Shown: piece by piece, positions 42,491 through 56,807 of the stretch | Numbering within the stretch: the stretch's first letter is position 1 | Layout: each line of letters starts with the position of its first letter | From: the human T2T-CHM13v2.0 reference genome, Homo sapiens | Length of the DNA: 64,000 nucleotides | Assembly: GCF_009914755.1 (NCBI RefSeq) | Contig: NC_060933.1 | Direction: 5' to 3' (one strand) | Made by a program: the position numbers and the translations under genes | The notes under the pieces: generated by a model | What the model was told of the DNA's origin: nothing | The model's database searches: none | The model's input: the letters and a program-made list of their open reading frames with translations, nothing else

Positions 42491-43015
42491 CCAGCTGAAG
42501 ATCAGAGAATGTAAGCAGCATGCCTTTAATAACACATAATGACAGAGCTAGATGTAAACTTCCTAAATCATGTGGAAATGTCTCTTTCAATTATATTTAT
42601 ATTTTCCATTTATTTTATGTGGCCTCAGCCTATTGATCTTTGAAATGAATTAAATGCAAAACAGTCTTAATGTAATCATCCTGTTATTATCAATAACTTC
42701 ACTGCTATGAACTATAGTAATAATATTTCTCCAGCTTCAAAAACCAAGGGATTTAAAGGTAAAGTTTTCTCTTCTGATAATGGCTGACTCTCCCTAGATA
42801 ACTACGTAAACTCTCAAAAGATACAAAAAATAAAAATCTGAAGACTATGGGGAGAGATAAAAAGCCACCTCACTCCTTGGCTTGTAGCTCCCCCATCCAG
42901 GAGGGGGTCTGACCCTTAAAAGAAGAGCACTACGTTTGCTGAGATCCATATCTATAGATTTCACATGGAAGAACAACTATTAAAATGGCAGGTGAGTTCT
43001 CACCAGAATAGAGTC

Positions 43016-43611
43016 TATGGTTGGCAGAATAATGTTCACCTGCCCTAAAATGTGCACATCTTAATCACCTGAATCTGTGAATATGTTACCTTACATGGCA
43101 AAGTAAATGTTATAGATGCAATTCAGGATATGGGCATGGAGAAGGGGAGGTTATTCTAGATTATCCTGGTGGGCTCGGCTGGAGTCAGAGAAACATATGA
43201 GTAGAAGACAAAAGAGATTTGAAGTGTGATAGGACTTGAAACACTGTTTCTAGCTTTGAAGGTAGAGGATGGGGGAGTTGCAAACCAAGAAATGAAGTGG
43301 CCGCTAGAGTTGAGAACAGCCCTCATCTGACAGCCAGCAAGGAGACAGGGACGTTCATCCTGAAAATGCAAGGGACTGATTTTTGCCAAGAGTCTGGATG
43401 AACAAGAAAACAGATTCTTCCCTAGAGCCTCCAGAGGGAGTAATCCCTGCCAATACCTTGATTTTCACCATGTGAGTTGCTAAGAAAAGGAACAGTTAAA
43501 CCATGCTGTACCTGAACTTCTGACCCACAGAACTGTGAGATGATAAATTTGTGTTGTTTTAAGCCACTAAGTTTGTGGTAATTTGTTATGGCAGCATTAG
43601 AAAACTGATGC
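43016..43611 (+). mobile_element. MLT1D/E MaLR LTR
   Basis: tggcagaataatg...tgtgaatatgttaccttacatggcaaa...ttgttatggcagcattagaaaactgat. Confidence 0.8.
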
Positions 43612-44781
43612 TGAAGAAAATGCATCAATATCTTTAAAGTCCTGAGAGAAAAACAAGTCCACATATAGTTCTATATCCAACAAAAACATCCTTCATAAAT
43701 GAAAGTGAAATAAACACATTATCAGATAAAGGAAAGCTGAGAGAATTTGGTGCCCGCAGATCTACAGTGTAACAACTGCTAAAAGAGTTCTTCAAGATGA
43801 AGGGAAATGATAGCAGATGGAACTCCAAATCTAGAGGAAGAAATTATAAATAAGAGGGTAAATACAAAAGACAGTTTTCTAAATTTCTTTTAAAAATAGC
43901 TGGTTTTTAATGCAAAATTCCAACATTACATTGTGAGGTGTATAAATGTATGGGAAATATATTAAAATATTAACACAAAGGATGAGAGAGGTTAATGGAA
44001 TTATGCTGTTGCAAAGTACCTCTATTTCCTGTGAAGAAGTATAATATTAATTCTAAATAAACTGACAAGGGTGTGTATGTGTGTAGTAATATCTAAAAAT
44101 TTGCAAAAAGATACAGTTAAGCCGTTAGAAAAATTAAGATGGAGTATTTTTTAAAATGTATATTCAAAAGAAGGCAAGAATAGGAGGCAGAAATATAAAA
44201 AGATGAGAAATAGAAAACAAATAACAAAATAATAGATATAAATATAACTGTATTACTAATTATATTAAATATTAACTGAATACATGGACAGAATGAATTA
44301 AACAGTAACACTCAATTTTACGTTGTTTATATGAAACACACTTTAAACATAAACCCACAAGTAAGTTTTAAGTAAAAGGATGGAAACAGATATGACATGC
44401 AGACAAGTAAGCATGAGAAAGTTGGCATGGCTCTATTAATGTCATACAAGGTTCATTTCAGGACAATATGTATCACCCAATATAAAGATATTTTGTAATA
44501 ATAAAAGAGTTAATAAGAAGACAAAAGTATCATAAATGCATATGAACTTAGTAACAAAATTTAACAATGTAGAGAGCAAAAACTGACATATTAAAGGGAG
44601 AAAAAGGTAAAAATCTACAAACATGGTTGACGATTTTTAAATGCTCTTTCTTAGTGTTTGACAGCACAACTAGAGAAAATAAATCAGCAAGGATACGTAA
44701 GATTTTATCAACACTGTCAATCACCTTGACCTGATTAACATTTACAGAGCATACAGCCAACAACTCAAAATACATATTTTT

Positions 44782-45172
<391 letters not shown>

Positions 45173-45616
45173 TCAGTCAATTTTGAAAGATTAAAATTTT
45201 ACAAGATATGTTTTCTGGTGACAATGGAACTAAATTAGAAATCAATAATAATAAGATATCTAGTAAAAACCACCAAATATTTGAAAATTAAACATATATC
45301 TTAATCTGAGTCAGGTAAGACATCAATGAGAGATTAATAAATACTGCAAACTAAACTATAATGAAAATGTTAGAAATGGTGGAATGCAGCCAAAGTATTG
45401 CTTAGAGATTTATAGACTTAAAGAATAAGAAAGGTTTAAAATCTATCAGCTGAGTTGCCCCTTTAAGATTTTAAAAGAGGAAGAATACATTGAACCCAAA
45501 ATAAGTAGATAGAAGGAAATAATAAAAATAAGAGCTAAAACCAATTATATAGAAAAAAATTAAGTTAAAGTCCAAACTACAATTTTTAAAAGATTAATAA
45601 TTTTGTTAAACCATTA

Positions 45617-46126
<510 letters not shown>

Positions 46127-47753
46127 TTACAAGAAAAAATAAATAGAAAATATCAATAGCTCTATTTCTATTTCCCTCACAAAACAACACACCAGGCTAG
46201 TTTGTTTAGACTAGTGAGTTCTATGAAGCATTTAAGGAAGAGCTAATACCAATCTTACACAAAATCTTTCAGAAAACAGAGGAGAGAATACTTCCCTATT
46301 TGTTTTGAGACCAATGTGACCCTGATACAAAATCTGAGAAAAAAGCATGCTGCAAGAAAGGGATATTACACATCACTGTATCTCGTAAATGTTTGCAAAA
46401 TTCTCTAACAATGTGTTATAGATCAAATACAGCAATATACTAAAAAAGATTAATAGAACATTAGCAGCCCAATTAATCCTAGGAATGTAAGGTTGGCTTG
46501 ACATTTGAAAATCAATCAATGTGGCATACCACAATAAGAGAATTAACAAAAAAACTATAGAATCAGCTCAATGGAGTAATAAAAATTATTTGACAAAGTA
46601 CAACACCCATTTGTGATTTAAAACTTTTGGCAAATTAGAAAGAGAAGGAACTTTTTAAATCGGATAGACAGCATATAAGAAACCTAAAATTAGTATCACA
46701 GTTAATGGTAAAATAGTAAATCCTTTTCCCCTTAAATTAGAGCAAATCAAGGATGTTTGCACCTCTATACAATATTTTACTGGGTTATTAAGTCAGCACA
46801 AAAAGAAAAAAACCCATAAAATTAGCAAGAAAGAAGCCAAACTCTCTTTATTGACAGACAGCATGGCTTTATTGTCCTAAATCATCCACAAAAACATTTA
46901 CAAGTAGCAAGATCATAGGAAACAAATTCAGTATACAAAAATCAGTTGTATTTCTGTATACTATCAACAAATAATTAAAATTTAAAAATACTTTTTTCAA
47001 TAGCTTTAAACATATGAAATACATAAGGGATACATTTAACAAAATATATGCAAAACCTTAGCACCTAAAATCAGAAAGGACTGCTTTGAGAAATCAAATA
47101 GGCCTAAATAAATGGAAAGATATGCCATGTACGTGGGTTGGAAGATTCAAATTGTTAAAGATGCCAACTCTCCTCAAATTGACTTATAGATTCAGTGCAA
47201 TCAACTTAAATTGCAACAGGCTTTTTTGTAGACATTGACAAGCTTATTTTGTAATTTATATAAAAATGCAAAGGGCTCAGAAGAGCCTAAAAACTTTTGA
47301 AATGAAGAATGAGATTAAATAGGATTTATACTACCTGATTTCAAAACTTAAGGTAATAAAGGCAGTGTGATATTATACTGAGAAGAGACAAAATAGATGA
47401 ATGAAGCAGAATTGAGACCAGAAATATAGCCATATGTATATTTACTTTTTACAAAATCATCAAGTTAATGCAATGGGGAAAAGAAAGTCTTTTTAACATG
47501 TATCCTAGAAAAAAGTGGATAAACATATGGGAAAAATGAACATTGATCACTACTTCACACTCACACAAAACTTAATTCAAAATGGATGATGGGCCTAAAC
47601 CTAAAAGCTAAAAATATCAAGCCTTTTGTAATAGCATAGGAGAAAATCTTGAGTATCATTGTGAAACAGAATACGCAAAGATTTTTTTTTTTTTTTTTAC
47701 AGGGAGCACAAACAGTATTAAACATAAAAATGAAAAAATAACACACTACATCA

Positions 47754-48053
<300 letters not shown>

Positions 48054-48791
48054 CTACATCAAAATTTTAAATGTATCTTCACCAAAAGACACCATTATGA
48101 AAATATAAAAGTAAGCCACATACTAAGGGGAAATATGTACAATACATATCTGATGAAAGACTTCTAAATCAATAATAATGAGGTAACCCAATTTCTTAAG
48201 TGGACAAAAAAACTTAAACACTTCACAGCGAAAGATATATGGACAGCCAATAAATATATAAACAATGTTATCAGCAGCATTCATCAGGAAAATGCAAATT
48301 ATAATCACAAGAAAATATACACACTCAGTAGAATGGATATAATTAGAATACTGACATCACTAAGTGTTAGCAAGAATGCAGAGCAACCAGAATCCTCATC
48401 TGTTGATGATGACTATGTGAAGTGGTATAACCACTTTGGAAAAGGTTTGACAATTTCTTATAAAGTCAAACATACACCTACCCTATGACCCAGTGATTCT
48501 ACTTTTGTATATTTACCTAAGGGAGATGAAAACATAACATCCACAAAAAGACATGCACAAAGTGTTCATACCAGTTTTGTTCAAGCCAGCCTAATGTTGG
48601 AATCACCCCAAAAGTCCATCAACAATAGAATGGGTAACACAGTTGTGATGTATTCATACCACACAGTATGACTTAGCAGTCTAAAAATAACTATCATTAC
48701 ATACATATTCATGTGGATGAATCTCAAACGTTATGTTGAGTGAAAGAAGTCAGACACAAAATAAGATACACTATTGGATATATGTAGGATA

Positions 48792-49475
48792 TATATTAGT
48801 CTGTTTTTGCTGCTATAGCAACATACCACAGACTGAGTAATTTAAAAAGAATGGAAATTTATTTCTCACAGTTCTGGAGGCTGGGAAGTCCAAGATCAAG
48901 GTGCTAGCCTCTGATCTGGTGAGAGAGTATCCTTGCTGCATTCTCACATGGCAGAAAGGGAAGATAGTGTAAGCTAGCTAGGTGTTGCCTGAAGCCTCTT
49001 TTAAAAGGACCTTTGTTTTTTTTTTTTTTGAAACAGAGTTTTGCTCTTTGGCTTAGGCTGGAATGAAGTGATGCAATCTCTGCTCACTGCAACCTCCGCC
49101 CCCAGGATTCAAGCGATTCTCCTGCCTCCGCCTCCCGCGTCGCTGGGATTACAGGCATGCACCACTACGCCTGGCTAATTTTTGTGTTTTTAGTAGATAC
49201 AGGGTTTCACCATGTTGGCCAGGCTAGTCTTGAACTCCTGACCTCAGGTGATCCACCCACCTTGGGCCTCCCAAAGTGCTGGGATTACAGGTGTGAGCCA
49301 CCATGCCCGGCCTAAAAGGATCTTAATCCTAGTAGAGAGGAAGCAGCCCTCATGGCCTAATGACCTTGTAAAGGCCCCACCTCTTAATGCTGTCATAGTA
49401 GGAACAACTGAATTTTGGAGAGGATCAAGTTTCAACATGAATTTTGAAGGAGTCAAAAATATTCAAACCATAGCA
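48792..49475 (-). mobile_element. MSTC/D-like MaLR LTR split by an Alu
   Basis: tattagtc...cacagttctggaggctgggaagtccaagatcaagg...attcaaaccatagca. Confidence 0.8.
49013..49312 (-). mobile_element. AluSx-like
   Basis: Full dimer; TSD taaaaggacctt/taaaaggatctt. Confidence 0.9.
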
Positions 49476-51674
49476 GCTGTGATGTACTATAATAAGGCAA
49501 AACTTATCTATAGTAATTGGAATCAGAACGGTGATTACCTCTAAGGAGGAGGGCTTAACTGGAAGGAGGCACCAAGGAATTTTCTGGGGTTTTGGAAATG
49601 TTCTGCATCGATTGTGGTGGTGATGTGGATGTATTTTTTATCAAAATTCATCAAGTTATACACTTAAGATGTGTGCCTTTTTCCTATATGTAATTTTTTA
49701 CCTAAAAAAAAAAAAGTGGAGATGGAGAGGAGTCAACAATTTGAGACTGGTTGCTATACATTTTTTAAAAAATAGGTCATAGTGTGCTGGCATGCTTTGT
49801 ATTTTACTAACTGTAAGAAAATACATTTTATTATACATTTGACATTTAATATATATCAGGCATCTTAAATATTAATCAAAAATTGATTTAGAAACATTAG
49901 AACCTTAGCACATTCCTCTTGAGTAATGGATTTTCACACATTGGCCTTGCATGGTTCCATGCATCCCTTCCCCCTTGGTAAATGAATGCAACCTATTGAG
50001 GCTGTTTTGCAGATCAGAGCTTCATTTTCCATATACTTGACCACTTTATAGTATTTGAGTATTTCTCAGAATGCATTTTTCCTAATGTGGAGCTTTTATA
50101 TGAGAATGTCTCTAATATAAGGCTACTTGCCATTATTTAAGTGAAATATGACCTGTTGCTTGCAACTGGATTTAAATGCTAAGTCAACCTTGAACAAAAA
50201 ATTGAGACCAGTTAAATATTTTTTCAAAAGCCCTATTTTGGCTAATACAAAGGAAAATAAAAAGCCAATAGAATTTTATATTTAAGATCTGTTTAGCAAG
50301 TAGGGAATGATTATTTGGTTTGGAGTTGAGAGAAAATTTAGCGAAAGCTGATAAAAAAATTTTCAAATTACTGGTACTCTCCTTTTGAGTTTCATGGTAG
50401 GTCATTTTTAGTTATATGCAGCTTCTTTCTAAAGAGCAGTGACACTCTTGTTTCTGTAATAACTGGGCAGAAACCTTTGCTGTTCTGATATTGCATTTTA
50501 CCAAATCAACTGAAACATAAATAGAATTAGATTTATGGGTGTTTGGCATGATGTCACACTATGGTTATGCTACTCTTGACCTAAATGATCTATTCCAAAG
50601 GAATGAACTGAGGAGACGCGTTAATGATCCCAGAGTAGAGTCAGGCCCTATGGGCATACTTTCTCTTTATTTTGGGGTATTTAGAAGCTGACCTTTCAAC
50701 TCAAAACTGGGTTATCTGAGATCTTTCCTTGGCAGAATTGAAAGTCAATCAGCCCACGTAGGCATTTTTCCCCTCTTATCTGTGCAAGGTAACAGTATGT
50801 TCTCCTCATTTGTAGATGTAGATACTATAATAGCAACAAACTTGGGGACTTGGGGTTTCTAAAGCCACAGAGCGAGGCAGAGATCACCAATAGTTACACT
50901 TCAGGTTCCCAGTTCTTGTTCCAATAGTTTAATGTTTGTTTTGTTAGGCAAATGGACTTATAATCAGTTGATATGAGTGCCTTTGAGCTAATATAAGGGT
51001 GATTATAAAAGGTCTTGACTGAAAGCTTAAAGAGTTATACACTGAGTTTAAATAACCCAAAATAAATCCAATTAGGAAAAGAAATGTTAGGCAGAAATAT
51101 AGCTTGCTTACCATTCTAACCAAGTTGGCTTTTCATTTATTCATTCAACCATGATATTTAGCTGTGTAGATTGTGGAAGCTCAAAGATATTTAAGATGGT
51201 TTTCCTGTTTTTTGTTTGTTTGTTTGTTTTTTCCTGTTTTAAAGTAACATATACTCTATTGTAAGAAAAAGAAATCCACACTGGAAAGCTTGAATTAAGT
51301 AACAGGACAAGATTCAAATAATGTTGTAGTACATCTCTCAAAGAAGTGTTACAAGTCAAAGATCATCAGAGATTATGCAGATTTTGAGAAGGAAACTGAA
51401 TATCCAGGAAGAATTGAATCCTGTTTGCACAAAGTGCTTGCCTGGGTACCACTTCAGCTATTTATCCAATTTGTTACTTTTCACTGCTGTGGAGAGTGCA
51501 TGTGTGTTCTCAGCCGAATATAATGACCCGCAGTTCTTATTATATGTATGTTTAATGGCTGGAGCTGCCTGTTATAACTCTTAACACAATGCATTATAAT
51601 CAGTTATTTTCCTGTTTGTCTCTTTTTCTATATTCAATGTCCCTGAGGACATGAACTGTGACGTAACACCAACC

Positions 51675-51925
51675 AGCATTTATTAAGCTCTTACTGCATA
51701 CCAGGTGTCATTTTAAATTTCAAGTATTTTCCATGTATTAACTCACTTAGCCCTCCTAATAACGTCATAACATAAGTATCACCCCATGTTTAGAGATGAG
51801 GAAATTGAGGCATGGAGAACTGAAGAAACATACCCAGAAGGGATAGAGAACATGTGGCAGAGCTGGGCTATGAAAACAAGCAGTCTGGCACTAAAAGATC
51901 ATGCCTTAATCCATACACTGTGCCG
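51675..51925. mobile_element. MIR
   Basis: Core-like agatgaggaaattgaggc...gtggcagagctggg. Confidence 0.65.
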
Positions 51926-52260
51926 CATCTCATCTTAGTGTCATTTGTGCCTAAAATAATGAGTGACACAGTATCATTGGCTAGATGAACACGTGGATGA
52001 GGAATAGTTTGTATAACTATGAGTTTTTAAAAGGCATCTGAGTATTAATAGAAGCACATGGGAAGCAACTCCAGAAAGGGTCACTGACCCTGGAGGATAC
52101 AGAGTATACAGATGGTCCCCAGAAATGACAGGATGTCCCCAAACCATGGATGTCCTTATGCTTTTAGTCCTTCCTCTATTCCTCTCTGTAGCCACAGTTT
52201 ACATTTTAGCTTGGATGATTGTCCAATCAAAGCTTTTTCAAAAAACAACCCCCCACCCTT

Positions 52261-52620
52261 TGCTATAGTCTGAATGTTTACATCCCTCCAAAATTTCCTA
52301 TGTTGAAAGCTCATCCCCAGTGTGAGGATATTTGGAGGTGGGGCCTTTGGGGAGTGGTCAGGTCGTGAGGGTAGAGCCCTCATGAATGGGATTAGTGCCC
52401 TTATAAAAGAGACCACAGAGAGCTCCTTTGCCCCTTCTACCCGTGAGGACACAGTGAGAAGATGGCCATCTATGAAGCAGGAAGTAGGCTGTTACCAGAC
52501 ACTGAATCTTAATCTTGGGCTTCCCAGCCTCTAGAACTGTGAGAAATCAATTTCAGTTTTTTATAATACACCCTAGTTTCAGTTGTTTGTAATACACATT
52601 AGCCTAAACAGACTAAAATA
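52261..52620 (+). mobile_element. MLT1A-like MaLR LTR
   Basis: tgctatagtctgaatg...gccctcatgaatgggattagtgcccttataaaag...cagcctctagaactgtgaga. Confidence 0.85.
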
Positions 52621-54119
52621 CCTTCACACTCACTCAAGTATTAAGTTCACGAAGAGAAATCTCATGGATATAAGTGGAAGAACATTTACTGGGATAGAGA
52701 AAGAACCAATTCCTAGAGATAAGAGTGTGACCCAAGGAGTCCTCCAAAACGTGTCCACTACAAGAATGTTAAATTTATACTTTTAAATGTTATGAAGTAA
52801 ATGTCACTGGAGGATTTGTTATGTTTTTCTCATGGTTTAGGGACCTAAACTACTCAAATGAAGGCAGTACTTAAAACCCCTCATTCAAATAGGCAGTGGC
52901 TTATCTTTATCAGCCACACTAACCTTGTCATGTCCTGCAAGGAATCAAGCCATGTATCCCAAGTGCTGCGGCCAAAACCAAAGTTTTCATGTCTTTCCTC
53001 TGAATATATGGTATTCATCCATCAAAGCATTTATTTCCTCACTTATGTATGCATTCATTCATTCATTCATTCAGCAACCTTGCTATTCTTTGTTCTTTGC
53101 TTTGTATTTGCCACGGCTGGCACCAGGCAGTGCATATGCAGTGGCTAGCAGAACAGTCTCAGGCCATGATTTCTTGGAGTTTACAGTTTAGTGGTGTCAG
53201 TATATAAACATGTGTCTTAGTGATTATCTGTATATGTCATATGTAATTCTTAGGCATTTAATTTCTGAGTCTTGTTTTCTCATCTGCATAAGGGGGTTAA
53301 AACAGGTCTGGCCTTTTTCACATGATGAAATGAGACTTAATGTCAATAAAGTTCCCGATTTTAAATGTAAAACATAACCCAGAAATAAAATGTCCTTATT
53401 TAATCAGTTAGCTGACATAGATAATGTTGATACCTGGAGCTATCTTGCAAGGTAGTTTGGAGGACAAGAGAGAGTTTGTGAACCACTTGACACAGTTAAG
53501 TCTTCAATAAACGCTGCCTATTATTCTCAGTGTCATCAGTTGTTCAGAAATCACATATTAGGACTCAGTTTTCCAGATTATCTTCCTTCTACCCTTTTTC
53601 CTTCTCCCTGATCCTGCCACTCTTGCATCCATTGGCATTGTAGCCACCCCCTACAGTGACACAGTTGAGGACTGCCTTCCCAATCTGTATTCTGTGCTCC
53701 ATCATAACCTTCTTTGTTTCATCAAAAAAAAAAAACTAAAATCTCTCATCCTATTCCCTCAGGGTCTTGCTTTCCATGTGGATGCCCGAGGCTGATGTTA
53801 TCATTCCGAGATGAATTCTGTTGGTTCATTTGTTGTATGCCAAGTGTGTGCCAGGTGTTTTATCTCAAGTGTTCCTCCCAAGCAAATCTTATTTCCATTT
53901 TATAGACATGTGGGATATTATCCCAAATTCACAGAGTAGAAAGTGGCAAAACTGGGATCTGAGCTCTTTCTGCTGAATATAACACCTAGTGACTCCCTAT
54001 AGACAAATATGAGTTATAAAGAAATACAACCTTTAAGATATGGCACTAAGCAAACCAATAGTTGGGGATTATATTTTACAAAACACATGGCTTTTGTAAA
54101 AGCAAATGCATAAAACTGC

Positions 54120-54625
54120 TGATTAACTGTTATTTACTGAGCACCAGTTACATGCCAGGGACTGTCCCAGATTTTCAACATACAGAGATGGATAAGCAGG
54201 ATCTTGCTCAAAGAAGCTTACGTAGCTGGAGGAAGAGAAGTGAAGATAAAATCATGTGACTATGAAGTAATTCAGCCTCAATTGGGTATGGCATAGTCAG
54301 GGCATATTTCACGTGTAGGTTTTGGTGGAGGGTGCTCACAAACAGAGGAAGGAGAAAAAGTGGATCCAGGATAAAGTAAACAGTGTGAGAAGGCAACAAA
54401 GGTGTAAGACAAAGGAGCTGTTTGAGGACTGCAAGAAGGAATGTGGCTCAATAGAACAATATGTTCATGGAGAAGAGTGAGACAGGATGCTAAGGAAGTG
54501 TGTTGAGGTAAGCCAAACTGACAGAAAGGTCTTTGATGCTATGCTGAGGCATTCAGACTTGAGTCTATAACCAGTGAAGAGCCATAAAAAGTCTTTGTTT
54601 AAAACTGTATTTTAAAATAATAGCT
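54120..54625. mobile_element. L2 fragment
   Basis: tatttactgagcacc...tgccagg and downstream L2-like 3' sequence. Confidence 0.5.
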
Positions 54626-55731
54626 GTGTGAGTATCATCTATCCCCACTGTGTTGGCCTATGGTTTTTAAGATACCACACATCAAATTGTGCCTCCCTCC
54701 TGGATATACTGCAGGGTAAAACCTTAGTATAATTCAGTCTGAATGAACAATAGTAATTAGTCCTGAACTATGCCTTGCTGTTATAATACAGTGCACATGG
54801 TGATAGCAAATAAGCCCCCAGGGACTCATAAACAAAATGAATGAATTATTGAAGTCCCTGTACTAATTTTATCTCTGGTGTAGAGGTTGAACTATCCATT
54901 AGAGCAATTCTAGGAAAAACAAAAACAAAAACAATTTGCCACAAGACCCCAACTTTTCTATCCTATTGCCACCTTTCCTTTCTATCTTGAATTCTATTTG
55001 AAGCTGTAGCTTTCCTAAATCAGATGCTAGAGTTTTAGTAGCTATGCATCAGTAGCTCTGGCATTGCTTGGAGTCTTCCTTAATCCAGCAATGGAACTAA
55101 AATGAAAATAGAATTACCAAAAGGGCAGATGCAGTATCTTATATCACTTTTATTATATTATATTTTAGCCACTGAGACAGGAGGGGAGAATATTATAGAA
55201 TCAGCTTGCTGCAGTCTCGCCTGTAATTATATTTTTCCTTGATAAGGCATTGGCAAGTAGCCCACCAAAATATTGATGTGAAACTTGATCTCTCAGGGAT
55301 GTGGAATTTCTCCAGCCCTGGGATTGAGACTGAGAGGTTTTGGAAGTGTTTGGCAGCTGTAGTAAATTCAGGAGCTGGAGGCAAGGAACAATTCTTCTAG
55401 CACAAGCCCAAAGTCAATATATTATATAACTACAAAAGGCACACTCCTCACTGTACTTTTATACTCTTCATTGGATCTTGTCCAGACCATGTTATCTTAC
55501 ATAGATGTAAACATACACTTTATGTACTATTTGAGAAAAACTGAGAGTCCTATAAAGTTTTTATAATTTTATATTTAGGGATGGGTATGTTAATTATAAG
55601 TAAAAATGAGGATTCAGAATTTCCCTCAAAATAAGGAGTGAAAAATTATCTGCATGCCCCATTTTATCACATAGTTTGAGTTTTGCCTTCTCTTGCTATC
55701 TTTTTTATACGCACCAGTCCAGTTTTCCTCC

Positions 55732-55900
55732 TTTTTTTAGAGACAAAATCCTGCTCTCTCACTCAGGCTGGAATATAGTGTTACAATCATAGCCCCCTGC
55801 AGCCTTGACCTCTCAGGCTCCAGCAATCCTCCTGCCTCAGCCTCCTGAGTAGCTGGGACTAAAGGCGCATGCTACCAGACATGGCAATTTTAATTTTTCC
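55732..55900 (-). mobile_element. AluJ/FRAM monomer
   Basis: caggctggaatatagtg...ctgcagccttgacctc...ctcagcctcctgagtagctgggact. Confidence 0.8.
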
Positions 55901-56452
55901 TTTTTTCAAAAAATTTGCTACAATATGGACGTACAGCATCAATAGAATTTGTTGATAACTACACAGTTATGGTTATAAGTTAAGTTATTTTAAATTAGAG
56001 CCTATATAGTTATTTCCCTAGGTGAAACTGCAGGCATTGTATCCTCTGGCCCATTGAACCGCCAGAGTTCAGTAAGAGTGTGTCAGAAGGCTGCTGGCAG
56101 AGTGAAAAGAGCATAAGGTTGGGATCCAGACACACCTGAATTTAAAATCCCAACTCTGGCACTTATGACCTGCATGAGCTTAACGAGCATCTGAGTCTGT
56201 TTCATCATCTGTAAGCGTATGAGGAATAAAATGGTATTATGTACAAGAAGCACCCAACCATTGTTGGCACCTAGCAGGCATTATTTTCTCCCATTTTCTT
56301 TTCTCTTTCCCACTTCAGAATGGCCAGAATACCAGGAAATTTACCTCACAGATTATCTAGCAAGTAAAGGATTTGGTGATCAAGGTTTTCAAAATGGCTT
56401 CAGGTGTGATTATTATTTTTATTTTTTTATGTTGCCATGTATTTATACCAAG

Positions 56453-56807
56453 TGATATGGTTTGGCTGTGTCCCCACCTAAATCTCATCTTGAATGGCAA
56501 TCCCCATAATTTCTGTGTATCTTGGGAGGGTCCCAGAGGGAGGTAATTGAATCATTGGGGCAGTTTCCCCCATGCTGTTCTCATGATAGTGAGTTCTCAA
56601 GGTATCTGATGGTGTCATAAGCGTCTGGCATTTCCCCTGCTGGCACTCATTCTCTCTCCTGCCTCCTGTGAAGAGGTGCATTCCACTATGATTGTAAGTT
56701 TCCTGAGGACTCCCCAGCCATGTGGAATTGTGAGTCAAACCTCTTTTATTTATAAATTATGCAGTCTCGGGTGTTTCCTTATAGTGGCATGAGAATGGAC
56801 TAATACA
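56453..56807 (+). mobile_element. THE1 (D-like) solo LTR
   Basis: tgatatggtttggctgtgtcccc...gactaataca; 5-bp TSD ccaag/gcaag. Confidence 0.9.
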